NCBI GenBank assembly: GCA_965199955.1
Contig: CBDATQ010000002.1
Location: 704,001-768,000 of the forward strand
Direction: 5' to 3'
Length of the DNA stretch: 64,000 bases
From: Spirochaetia bacterium
GTDB lineage: Bacteria > Spirochaetota > Spirochaetia > SZUA-6 > Bin103
Numbering within the stretch: the first letter of the stretch is position 1; every line of letters begins with the position of its first letter. The position numbers were made by a program, and so were the translations under genes. Shown here piece after piece: positions 1-9,559 of the stretch. The notes under the pieces are model-generated. The model was given only the letters and a program-made list of their open reading frames with translations. It was not told the origin of the DNA and did no database searches.

Positions 1-2
1 CC

Positions 3-1289
3 GGCACGGTAGCCGGCGTCCTGGCCGCCACGGGAGACACGGTGGCGGCGGATGCGCCGCTGATCGAGCTGGAGACCGACAAGGCCGTGATCGAGGTGCC
101 GGCCACCGAGTCCGGTGTCGTCGCCTCGCTGCCGGTCAAGGCAGGCGACACCGTCGCCGTCGGGCAGGTGATCGCCACCATCGAGCCGGGTGGCGAACCG
201 GATGGCGAACCGGCCGCTGCTCCTGCCGAGGAACCCGCTGCCGCGCCGCCAGCCGCGGCTGCATCGGCACCCGCCGCGGAGCCTGCGGCCGTCGCCGCAC
301 CGACGCCGGCTCCACCCGTGACGCCGCCGGCCCCGGCTGTTCGAGCGCCCTCCGCGTCGGAGCCGGCCGACGAGTTCAACCTGCCGGAGTGGCCGATCCC
401 GGCCACTCCGAACACCCGCCGTTTCGCGCGCGAACTGGGCGTCGACATCACCTCGGTGCAGGCCACCGGCAACGGCGGCCGCATCCTGTCCGGCGACGTG
501 GTGCGCACCGCGCGTTCGTTGCTGGAGTCGGCAGCCTCGGGCGGAGGCCCGGAGGCCCCGCCGCCGCTGCCCGACTTCAGCCGCTGGGGAGCGGTGGAGC
601 GCGAGCCGATGAGCGGCATCCGCCGTACCACGGCCGTGCACCTGTCCACCTCGTGGACGACCATCCCGCACGTCACCCAGCACGACGATGCCGACGTGAC
701 CGACCTGGAGCAGCTCCGCAAGCGCTTCGGCCCGCGCGTGCAGGAGGCGGGCGGCAAGCTCACCATGACCGCGATCGCGGTGCGGGTGGTGGCCGGCGCC
801 CTGCGGGTCTTTCCCCGCTTCGCGTCCAGCGTCGACATGGCCAGCCGCGAGGTGATCCTCAAGCGCTACACCCACGTGGGCGTGGCGGTCGACACCGACC
901 GGGGTCTGCTGGTACCGGTGATCCGCGACGCCGACCGCAAGAACGTGACCGAGCTTTCGGTCGAGATCGGCGAGGTGGCCGCGCGCGCGCGCGCCGGAAA
1001 GCTCACCCTGGAGGAGATGCAGGGCGGCTGCTTCACCATCACCAACCTGGGCGGCCTGGGCGGCACGTCGTTCACCCCGATCGTCAACCATCCGGAGGTG
1101 GCCATCCTGGGCATGTCACGCTCCCGCGTCACGCCGGTGCATCGCGCCGGAGGCTTCGAGCCACGGCTGTTGCTGCCGCTGTCGCTTTCCTACGACCACC
1201 GCGCTATCGACGGCGCCGACGCCGTGCGCTTCCTGCGCTGGATCGTCGAGGCGCTGGAGAACCCCTTCCTGCTGTCTCTGGAGGGATAG
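3..1289 (+). CDS. Dihydrolipoamide acyltransferase (E2 of pyruvate/2-oxoacid dehydrogenase), 5' end outside window
   Basis: Lipoyl motif ELETDKA, Ala/Pro linker, PSBD (ATPNTRRFARELGVD...TGNGGRI), catalytic DHRAIDG; frame is open to the window edge. Confidence 0.93.
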   Translation, partial: GTVAGVLAATGDTVAADAPLIELETDKAVIEVPATESGVVASLPVKAGDTVAVGQVIATIEPGGEPDGEPAAAPAEEPAAAPPAAAASAPAAEPAAVAAPTPAPPVTPPAPAVRAPSASEPADEFNLPEWPIPATPNTRRFARELGVDITSVQATGNGGRILSGDVVRTARSLLESAASGGGPEAPPPLPDFSRWGAVEREPMSGIRRTTAVHLSTSWTTIPHVTQHDDADVTDLEQLRKRFGPRVQEAGGKLTMTAIAVRVVAGALRVFPRFASSVDMASREVILKRYTHVGVAVDTDRGLLVPVIRDADRKNVTELSVEIGEVAARARAGKLTLEEMQGGCFTITNLGGLGGTSFTPIVNHPEVAILGMSRSRVTPVHRAGGFEPRLLLPLSLSYDHRAIDGADAVRFLRWIVEALENPFLLSLEG

Positions 1290-1398
1290 CAGGCCGGACC
1301 GCCGTTACCAGTTGGCGGTGCGCGCGACGCCGAGTTGCTCGAACAGCGGAGCCTGCCCGGCGAGGCGGGCCCGAAAGTCGGACCAGTCGCGCGCTTCG

Positions 1399-2112
1399 GG
1401 TGGGCTCCACGTACTCGGTCCAGAGGCACGCCTGTGAGCCGATGATCCTGCCTGCCTCCTGCTCGTCGAGCTCGGCCGGCACCGGATCGAGGGCGTAGGC
1501 GGTCTCCAGGGAGAGCCGCCGCGTCTGATGCCCGGGCGGCCGCGGCGGGTCGTACGGGGTGTAGTTGAGGTAGGTCGAGGGGTTGGGCGTCATGATCACC
1601 CGGTGGCCACGCCGCGCCGCCTCGATGCCGCGGTCGGCTCCGCGCCACGCCATGATCACCGTGTCGCCGCCCGGACCGTTCCCTTCCAGTACCTCGTCCC
1701 AGCCGATCACCGTGCGGCCGCGCTCGCGGAGGTAGTGGCAGGCGCGGCGTACGAACCAGGCCTGCAACTCCTCCGGAGAGGAGAAGCCCTCGTCCTGCAT
1801 GCGCCGCTGGCACCTGGAGCACGCCGTCCAGCGATCCTTTGGGACCTCGTCCCCGCCGATGTGCACGTACGGGCTCGGAAACAGATCCAGAACCTCGTCC
1901 CACACCCGTTCCAGGAACTCGAACACGTCGTCGTTGCCGGCGCAGCAGACGTCCTTGTAGATCCCCCAGGTCGTGCCCACATCGAACGGGCCGCCGGTAC
2001 AGGACAGGTTCGGATAGGCGGCCAGGGCCGCTGCGCAGTGGCCGGGCAGCTCGACCTCCGGGACGACGGTGACGTGCCGGGCCTGCGCGTAGCGGATCAC
2101 GTCCCGGACATC
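1399..2112 (-). pseudogene. Internal fragment of a GH20 beta-N-acetylhexosaminidase
   Basis: PEVELPGH, HIGGDE, GWDE, GSQACLWTEY present; N-terminal domain, first barrel strands and C-terminal FPR helix region absent; flanking ORF sequence is not GH20-like. Confidence 0.8.
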
Positions 2113-2221
2113 ATGATAGTGCGCCGAACCGGAGATGGGGTCACGCGGCTGACGCTGTCGACCGAGCACCGGCTGATCCCGGCCGTTGCCACGCGCCAGT
2201 CCCGGATGACACGATCGGCGC

Positions 2222-3241
2222 ATGGCTGACAGCGTGCGGCTGGCCTTGGTCGGCTGCGGCGCGATCGCCGGCTACCACGCCAAGGCGATACGCTCCATCG
2301 ACCGCATCGAGATCGCGGCGGCGATCGATCCCAAGCGAGAAGCCGCCGAGTCCCTGGCCGAGGAGTACGGCGTCGGCGCGTTCGCGACCATCGAGGAGGC
2401 GGCAGCGACGGTCGATTTCGACGCCGTGGACATCATGACGCCCCACGACCTGCACGAGGCGCTGACCGAGCAGGCCCTCGCGTTGGGCAAGCACGTGCTC
2501 CTGGAGAAGCCGATCGCGCAGGACCTGACCACGGCCGAGCGCGTGCTTGCCACCGGCACCGCGGCCGATCAGGCGTTCATGGTCGGCGAAAACTCCCAGT
2601 ACTGGCCGGACGTGGTGGCGGTCGAACGCCTGCTCCGGGACGGCGCCGTGGGAGAAGTGATCGCCGCGCAGGCCGCGTTCGAATGCCGGTTCGATCCGTT
2701 CTGGTATCCAGGGAACCGTCCCTGGCGCTTCGACCTGCAGCGCACCGGCGGCGGTGTGGTCATCGACGGCGGCGCACACTGGATCAGGCCGCTGCGCGTC
2801 TGGCTGGGAGAGATCGACGCAGTCGTCGGCACCACCGGCAGGCCGATCGGGGGGATGGACGGCGAGTCGCTCGCGCAGGCGTTGCTGCGCTTCGAGTCGG
2901 GCGTGATCGCATCGTTCCTGGCGCTGACGTCGCCGGCGAACCTGTCGGACATGCCGTGGTTTCGCGTGATGGGCACGAAGGGCGAGGTGCTGATCCGCGG
3001 CGGTTTCGAGGGCGGCGGCGTCGAGCTGTACGACGAAGATCATCCGCAGGGACAGGCACTGCCGGGCGATCACGGCTACTTCCACTCGTTCCAGCCGGAG
3101 TTGGAGGACTTTGCGGCGCTGGTCCTGGACGGCAAGCCGCCGGTGGCGCCTCCGAAGAAGGCGCTGGGAGAGATGCGGACCGCCATCGCGCTCTACCGCT
3201 CGGCACGGAGCGGGGCGTGGGAGTCGGTCTGGAACGCCTGA
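2222..3241 (+). CDS. Gfo/Idh/MocA family oxidoreductase
   Basis: GCGAIA Rossmann motif, EKP motif, GGGVVIDGGAH. Confidence 0.92.
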   Translation: MADSVRLALVGCGAIAGYHAKAIRSIDRIEIAAAIDPKREAAESLAEEYGVGAFATIEEAAATVDFDAVDIMTPHDLHEALTEQALALGKHVLLEKPIAQDLTTAERVLATGTAADQAFMVGENSQYWPDVVAVERLLRDGAVGEVIAAQAAFECRFDPFWYPGNRPWRFDLQRTGGGVVIDGGAHWIRPLRVWLGEIDAVVGTTGRPIGGMDGESLAQALLRFESGVIASFLALTSPANLSDMPWFRVMGTKGEVLIRGGFEGGGVELYDEDHPQGQALPGDHGYFHSFQPELEDFAALVLDGKPPVAPPKKALGEMRTAIALYRSARSGAWESVWNA

Positions 3242-3257
3242 GCGGAGGGAGCACGGT

Positions 3258-4136
3258 ATGAGCATGGCGGCGATGACGGCCGTGACGCCGTTTCGCACCG
3301 TGGCCGAAGACGGTTGGGCGGACGCGGCGCGGGAGGACGGCTACCTGTACCTTCCGGGGTTGCTCCCCGCGGACGCGGTGCTGGCCGTGCGGAAGGAGGT
3401 CACGGCCGTCGCCGCGCGCCACGGCCTGCTCCAGTCCGGGACGGCGACCGGTGACGCCGTCGCCGAGCAGAATGCCTTCGTGCACGAGAGCAACCCAACG
3501 CCAGAGTACAGAGCCTACTACAACGACCTGATGCGCCTGCGCGCCGTGCACGCGCTCGCGGTTCGCCCGGAGTTGATCGGCGTGCTGGAGACGGTGCTGG
3601 GCGAGTCCGTTCTGGCTCATCCGCGCAACATCGTGAGGACTGTGTTCCCGAGCCGACCGTCCATCACCACCGCACCCCACCAGGACCACCGGCCGATCAA
3701 GGCGTCGCCGGAGGTGTGGACCGCCTGGATCCCGCTCGGCGACTGCCCGGAACAGCTCGGCGGCCTGGCGGTCGTCCCAGGGTCCCATCGGGCCGGCCTG
3801 CACCCGGTGGAGGCAGGCACGATCTACTTCGAGACGGCCGGCGATGTGGCGTGGCGCTGGAGCCCCATGCGGTGCGGCGACATGCTGCTGTTCCACAGCC
3901 TGACCGTCCACCAGGCGCGCGACAACCGGTCGCCCGACCGGATCAGGTTCTCCTGCGACTTTCGCTATCAGGGCCGCAGCACGCCCGTGCACCACTACTC
4001 GCTGATGCCGCACATGGGGTGGAAGGGCTGGGAGGAGATCTACGCCGGCTGGGCGGCCGACGATCCCCTGCGCTACTACTGGCGGGACTGGCCGCTCGAC
4101 ATCCGCAGCGACGACCGGCTGCTTGCGTCATCGTAG
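3258..4136 (+). CDS. Phytanoyl-CoA dioxygenase (PhyH) family Fe(II)/2OG dioxygenase
   Basis: HQD...H triad (PHQD, TVHQA), WIPL, GGLAVVPGSH, RFSCDFRY; ATG 3258 preceded by GGAGG. Confidence 0.9.
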   Translation: MSMAAMTAVTPFRTVAEDGWADAAREDGYLYLPGLLPADAVLAVRKEVTAVAARHGLLQSGTATGDAVAEQNAFVHESNPTPEYRAYYNDLMRLRAVHALAVRPELIGVLETVLGESVLAHPRNIVRTVFPSRPSITTAPHQDHRPIKASPEVWTAWIPLGDCPEQLGGLAVVPGSHRAGLHPVEAGTIYFETAGDVAWRWSPMRCGDMLLFHSLTVHQARDNRSPDRIRFSCDFRYQGRSTPVHHYSLMPHMGWKGWEEIYAGWAADDPLRYYWRDWPLDIRSDDRLLASS

Positions 4137-4159
4137 CGCGCACGAGGTAGGGCTCGGCG

Positions 4160-5593
4160 TTGGACTTCGACTCCTACGATATCGACCAGGCATGTTACGA
4201 CGAGATGTTTCTGCCCGGCGGCGCGCCGCGCCAGCACTTCCGGGCGCTCCACCAGGAACTGCGCCGCCTGCCCGTCGAGGAGCTTGCGAGCATCCAGGAA
4301 AGGGTGACGCGCTCGTTCTCCACCGAAGGGATTACCTTTACCGTCTACGGTGACGCCGAGGCAGAGGAGCGGATCATCCCCGTGGACTGCGTGCCGCGGG
4401 TGCTCACTGCGGATGAGTGGCGGCACCTGGAGGCGGGCCTCACGCAGCGGCTGAAGGCGCTGAACCTGTTTCTCGCCGACATCTACGATACCGCCCGCGT
4501 CGTGGCCGACGGCGTCGTCCCGTCGGACATGGTGTACGGCTGCCCCCAATTCCGGGCGCAGATGCGCGGGTTCCGGGCGCCCCACGGGACCTGGGTCGCC
4601 ATCTGCGGCACCGACCTGGTGCGCACCAACGACGGCTTCCGGGTGCTGGAGGACAACCTCCGCGTGCCGTCCGGAGTCTCCTACATGATCGCCAACCGCA
4701 GGGCCGTCAAGGCGAACTTCCGTCGCCTCTACCGCAGCTCCCGCGTGCGGGAGGTCGAGCACTACGGGCGCGTGTTGCTGACCACGCTGCGCGAGCTGGC
4801 GCCCGCCGGCCGCTCAGATCCCGTGATCGCGCTGCTCACGCCCGGGGTCTACAACTCCGCGTTCTACGAGCACATGTTCCTGGCCGGCGAGCTCGGCGCG
4901 GAGCTGGTGGAGGGCCGCGACCTGGTGGTGCGCGACGGCTGCGTCTATATGCGCACGACGGACGCCCTGCGCCGCGTCGACGTGATCTACCGGCGTCTGG
5001 ACGATGACTTCATCGACCCTCGGGAGTTCCGCGCGGACTCCCTGCTCGGCGTGCCGGGCCTGATGGACGCCTGCCGGCGCGGCAACGTGACGCTCGCGAA
5101 CGCGCCGGGCACCGGCGTCGCGGACGACAAGAGCGTCTACGCGTTCGTGCCCGACATGATCCGCTACTACCTCGGCGAAGAGCCGCTGATCGCCAACATC
5201 GAGACCTACCTGTGCCGCCGTCCTGAGGACCTGGAGTACGCGCTGGACAACATCGAGCGCCTGGTGTTCAAGCGGGTGGGGGAGTCGGGCGGCTACGGGA
5301 TGCTGATCGGCCCGCACGCCACGCCGGGCGAGCGCGACGAGTATGCCCGCCAGGTGCGCGCCGATCCCGCCGACTTCATCGCCCAGCCGACCCTGGCTCT
5401 GTCACGCGCTCCCTGCCTGATCGACGGCCGCTTCGAGCCGCGCCACGTCGACCTGCGCCCGTTCATCCTGCACGGCCGCCGCACCCGCATCGTGCCGGGC
5501 GCGTTCTGCCGCGTGGCGCTGCGCCGCGGCAGCCTCGTGGTGAACTCCAGCCAGGGCGGCGGCGGCAAGGACCTCTGGGTGCTCGGGGACTGA
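4160..5593 (+). CDS. Circularly permuted type 2 ATP-grasp protein
   Basis: YDEM, LEDNLRVPSGVSY, VDVIYRRLDDDFIDP, NAPGTGVADDK, VVNSSQGGGGKD; TTG start. Confidence 0.93.
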   Translation: MDFDSYDIDQACYDEMFLPGGAPRQHFRALHQELRRLPVEELASIQERVTRSFSTEGITFTVYGDAEAEERIIPVDCVPRVLTADEWRHLEAGLTQRLKALNLFLADIYDTARVVADGVVPSDMVYGCPQFRAQMRGFRAPHGTWVAICGTDLVRTNDGFRVLEDNLRVPSGVSYMIANRRAVKANFRRLYRSSRVREVEHYGRVLLTTLRELAPAGRSDPVIALLTPGVYNSAFYEHMFLAGELGAELVEGRDLVVRDGCVYMRTTDALRRVDVIYRRLDDDFIDPREFRADSLLGVPGLMDACRRGNVTLANAPGTGVADDKSVYAFVPDMIRYYLGEEPLIANIETYLCRRPEDLEYALDNIERLVFKRVGESGGYGMLIGPHATPGERDEYARQVRADPADFIAQPTLALSRAPCLIDGRFEPRHVDLRPFILHGRRTRIVPGAFCRVALRRGSLVVNSSQGGGGKDLWVLGD

Positions 5594-5595
5594 GC

Positions 5596-6573
5596 ATGCT
5601 TGCGCGCAGCGCCCAGGGCCTCTACTGGATGAGCCGTTACCTCGAGCGCGCACAGCACCTCTGCCGCCTGTTGCGGCTGCAGACCGAGGCGCTGGTGGAC
5701 CGCCCGGTGCGGGAGATCCGCTTCGGCTGGCACCGCATCTACCAGGGCATCGGCCGGCAGCCGCCGGAGGGCAGCCTGGAAGCGTTCGACAGCGAGGACT
5801 ACACGCTGGCGGACTCCTACACCCTGGCCGACGACCTCACCTTCGAGCGCCTGCATGCGGACTCCGTCTGGAGCTGCCTTGCGCTCGGCCGCGAGAACGC
5901 CCGCCAGATGCGGCAGTGCATCAGCGCCGAGGTGTGGACGTGTCTCAACCGGACCTACCTGCGCGTCCGCGACCTGGAGATCCAGAACATCTGGCGCACC
6001 TCTCCTGAGAGCTTCTACGCGCGCACCGCGGAGGAGGTCGACACCCTGTCGGGAGTGGCCGCGGCGACCATGTACCGCGACACGGGCTGGAGCTTCATCC
6101 AGCTCGGGCGCGCCGTCGAGCGAGCGCAGCTCTCCGCCGCCCTGCTGCTGGCGCAGCTCGCCACCGAGCGCATCAGCGGCGAGCCGGATGACGCCGACTG
6201 GACCAGCCTGCTGCGGTGCTGTCACGCCCTGGAGACCTACAACCGCCTCGGCAGCGTCTCGGTCGAACCGGCCCGTGTCATGGACCTGCTGGTCACCGAC
6301 CCGCTGTTGCCCGCATCGCTCCGCAGGGCGCTCGACGACATGGCAACGGCGCTCGTCGCTATCGGCCCCGGTCCGCCGGTACGTCCCGGCGGGGATGCGC
6401 ATCACACGGCCGGCCGGCTGACGGCCCTGGTGCACGACGAGTGGCCGCGCCGTGAGGATCGCGAGGAACTGCTGCGGGACGTGCTTGCGCACTGCCGCAC
6501 GCTCCACCAACTGGTGAACGCCACCTACTTCGAGTACCCGGTCGAAGAGCTGACGGCCGGCGGCTCAACGTAG
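5596..6573 (+). CDS. Alpha-E domain protein (DUF403)
   Basis: MLARSAQGLYWMSRYLERA, RENAR, GRAVERA; 2 nt downstream of the ATP-grasp gene, the usual arrangement. Confidence 0.9.
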   Translation: MLARSAQGLYWMSRYLERAQHLCRLLRLQTEALVDRPVREIRFGWHRIYQGIGRQPPEGSLEAFDSEDYTLADSYTLADDLTFERLHADSVWSCLALGRENARQMRQCISAEVWTCLNRTYLRVRDLEIQNIWRTSPESFYARTAEEVDTLSGVAAATMYRDTGWSFIQLGRAVERAQLSAALLLAQLATERISGEPDDADWTSLLRCCHALETYNRLGSVSVEPARVMDLLVTDPLLPASLRRALDDMATALVAIGPGPPVRPGGDAHHTAGRLTALVHDEWPRREDREELLRDVLAHCRTLHQLVNATYFEYPVEELTAGGST

Positions 6574-6642
6574 GTCCCTGAGCCGAGTATGCCTGCGCCG
6601 CAACGTCCGAGCGAGAGATACTGCAGCTTTGCACCGGGCGCC

Positions 6643-7113
6643 GTGCACGGCGAGACACGGTATGTGCTTCCCACTCTGACGAACGATCTGGCTAAGGGTA
6701 CTCACGCCGTAGAACGCAGCGCTGGGATCGGAGTATTCGACCTCGATCTTCGTGCCATCGACGGTCAGGAGATAGGAATCGTCGGCGAGTGAGGGGTTCT
6801 TTCCGAAGCCCGATGTTCCACTCCTCGTCGTCCAATCCGTATGACAGGTAACCGGGGCTTATCGGCATGATCAGACAGTCTTCGGCCCCCGAGTACCCAT
6901 CGTTCTGCACACTCTGGACCGTTTCGATCATGCGGTCGTAGAGGTAGGCGTACGCCCCCGCCATGCCATCTGCGGCCGCCATTTCATCGTTCGGCCACCT
7001 CTTCCGACAATCCGGGCAGCGTTGCAGCCATGTTCCGGCGTCAACCCTTCGTCTTCCTGGTGGATGTAGAGGGCGCCGGGCTCCGCTTCCTGCACGAACG
7101 TCCGGATGAGAAT
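6643..7113 (-). pseudogene. Degraded fragments of a glycoside-hydrolase-like gene including a GH20b (zincin-like) segment
   Basis: 6789-6643 reads LADDSYLLTVDGTKIEVEYSDPSAAFYGVSTLSQIVRQSGKHIPCLAVH (GH20b pattern); 7113-6800 gives protein-like frameshifted pieces (EPGALYIHQED / RCPDCRKRWPND). Confidence 0.55.
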
Positions 7114-7642
7114 GGGCGAGGGGGACGCTCTGCGACGGAGGGGAGGTAGGCGCCACAGGCGGAGGCGACGGCGTCGAGCGGGCCGGAGCACTTGCGGAGC
7201 GGACACGACGAATCTCGGGAAGCGAGTTCCCCTTGGCGTCTGGCTGCGGCGTTCGCGTCCATGGCCGCTTTCATGCTGCTGAAAACTCTGATCGGCATGA
7301 GGATGCCGTCGCTGTTTTGCAGCGATCATCGGAACACGTTCGCACGGATGACACACCTGAATTGCGCCGAATAGGGGCTGCGTCCGTGGCGAAAAAGGGC
7401 GATCTTCTTGCCAAGATGAACCGCGATGAAGAGGCTATCTCCGCAAGGATGAGAGTTGAGGACCGTTGAGGTGAAACGCTGGATCAACGCGATACCTCCG
7501 TGTGCATCGGTGGCAAGAAGTTTCCGGACAAGGAGAGTCGCCGCTTGACTGACGGGGTTATGGCGAGGTCTGCGCTGGCCGAACGAATGGAGCCCGTGTG
7601 GCATGGTGACCCAAGGCGTCCTCGCATGCCACCGTCTGCACC

Positions 7643-7996
7643 ATGCCGTTCATCAGGATCAAGGACTACGAATCGATCGAGCTGGTGCCGGGCGTGCGTG
7701 CGCGCACGCCCTACGGAAAGCGGATCATGCTCTCCTACCTGGAGATGGAGCCGGGCAGCTTCGTGCCCATGCACCAGCACCCGCACGAACAGGCGGGCCT
7801 GCTCATCGAAGGGCGCATGGAGCTGGTCATCGGCGACGAGTGCCGCATCTGCGAGCCCGGGGACATGTTCATCATCCCGCCGGACACCCCGCACAGCGCG
7901 CGGCCGATCGACGGGCCGGTGAAGGCGCTCGACGTCTTCAGCCCCGTGCGCGAGGACTACGCGGAGAAGTTCAACCAGTACTTCGGGCCGGCCTGA
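7643..7996 (+). CDS. Cupin domain protein
   Basis: HQHPHEQAG and IIPPDTPHSA cupin motifs; DVFSPVREDY C-terminus. Confidence 0.9.
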   Translation: MPFIRIKDYESIELVPGVRARTPYGKRIMLSYLEMEPGSFVPMHQHPHEQAGLLIEGRMELVIGDECRICEPGDMFIIPPDTPHSARPIDGPVKALDVFSPVREDYAEKFNQYFGPA

Positions 7997-9550
7997 TGGC
8001 ATCCCGGCCAGCACGGCGGCCAAACATCCTGCTGCTGCTCACCGATCAGCATGCGCCGCTGGTATCCGGGTTCGCGGGCGACTCGATCGTGCGCACTCAG
8101 GCGCTGGACGCGATCGCCGCGGACGCGGTGCAGTTCGACACCGCGCTGTGCGCCAGCCCGGTGTGCACTCCGTCGCGCATGTGCCTGATGACCGCCAAGG
8201 AGGCGCACCGCTGCGCGGCCTGGAACAACCACTGGGTGATCTTCCCCGAGCACGTCACCTGGCCGGGCCACTTCGCCACGCACGGCTACCGCACGTGCCT
8301 GGTCGGCAAGATGCATTTCGGCGGCGCCGACCAGATGCAGGGGTTCCAGCACCGCCCGTACGGCGACCTGCGCCACGGGCTGGGCCACCAGATCGACCCG
8401 ATCGACTACTTCCCGGTCTACGCCGGGGCTTCGGGCGCAGGCGTCACGGAGATCCCGGAGAGCCTGCTGCAGGAGAACGTGGTCACGCGCGAGTCGCTGG
8501 CCTTCCTGCTGGAGCACCAGGACTCCCAGCCCGATACACCCTGGTTCCTGTGCGCCTCCTACAGCCGCCCGCACTCGCCGTTCACCGCTCCCGGCCGCTA
8601 CATCCGGCGCTACCGCGACCGCGTGCCGCCGGCCGAGCTGCCGGCCGACTTCCCGGACGGGCTCGACGACTACGCGCGCCGCTGCTTCGCCGACGAGGCG
8701 GGGGAAGAGCTGACCGCCGAGCAGCAGCTCCGCGCGCGCGAGGCGTACTACGCGTGCGTGGACTTCGTGGACGACTGCATCGGCGAGCTGATGCGCGGGC
8801 TGGATGCCGCCGGCCTGCTCGACGACACCATCGTCATCTACACCAGCGACCACGGCGAGATGGCCGGCCACCACGGCCTGTGGGGCAAGACCGTTCACTT
8901 CGAGCCTTCGGTGGGCGTGCCGCTGCTCATGTCGGGGCCGGGCATCGCGCCGGGCAGTGTAGGCGTCGCGCATCCGGCGTCGCTGCTGGACCTGTTCCCG
9001 ACGACCTGCATGCTGGCCGGCCTGCCGATCCCGCCGGACCTGGACGGCGTGGACCTGAGCCCACTGCTCGCCGACCCGGCGGGCGGCGCCGCGCCACGGC
9101 GCTATGCCCCAAGCGCGTACTACGCCTACGGCAACCGGGTCCGCGGACTGACGGAGTCCAGGGAGCGCGAGCCGCACCAGGCGATGCGGCTGGTGCGCGA
9201 CCGCGACTGGAAGTACGTGGAGATCGAGGGCGGCCGGCCGGTGCTGTTCGAACATGCAGGGCGACCCGGCAGAGACCACCAACCTGGCCGCCGACCCGCG
9301 GCATGCCGAGCGTTGCCGCCGGATGCGCGCGGCGCTGTTCGAAGGGTTCAGTTGGGAAGGGGTGCGCCGGCAGCTCGTGGCCGACAGCGACCGGCTGCCG
9401 CAGTACCTGTCCGGCCTCAAGCCGACCCCCAACCAGTACATGCTTGGCGACGGCCGCGTCTTCGACGCGGAGGGCGACCTGTACGGCGCCCGCTGGCTGC
9501 CCTATCCCGACCTCAAGGGCGGCGGCGTCATCCCGCAGCAGTTCGGCTGA
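7996..9550 (+). CDS. Sulfatase (choline-sulfatase-like S1 family), +1 frameshift near 9251
   Basis: PNILLLLTDQH, CTPSR, GKMHF, SDHGEM; deleting one A at 9251-9252 restores VLFDMQGDPAETTNLA and joins the 9254-9550 ORF. Confidence 0.85.
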
Positions 9551-9559
9551 CCGGCCGGC

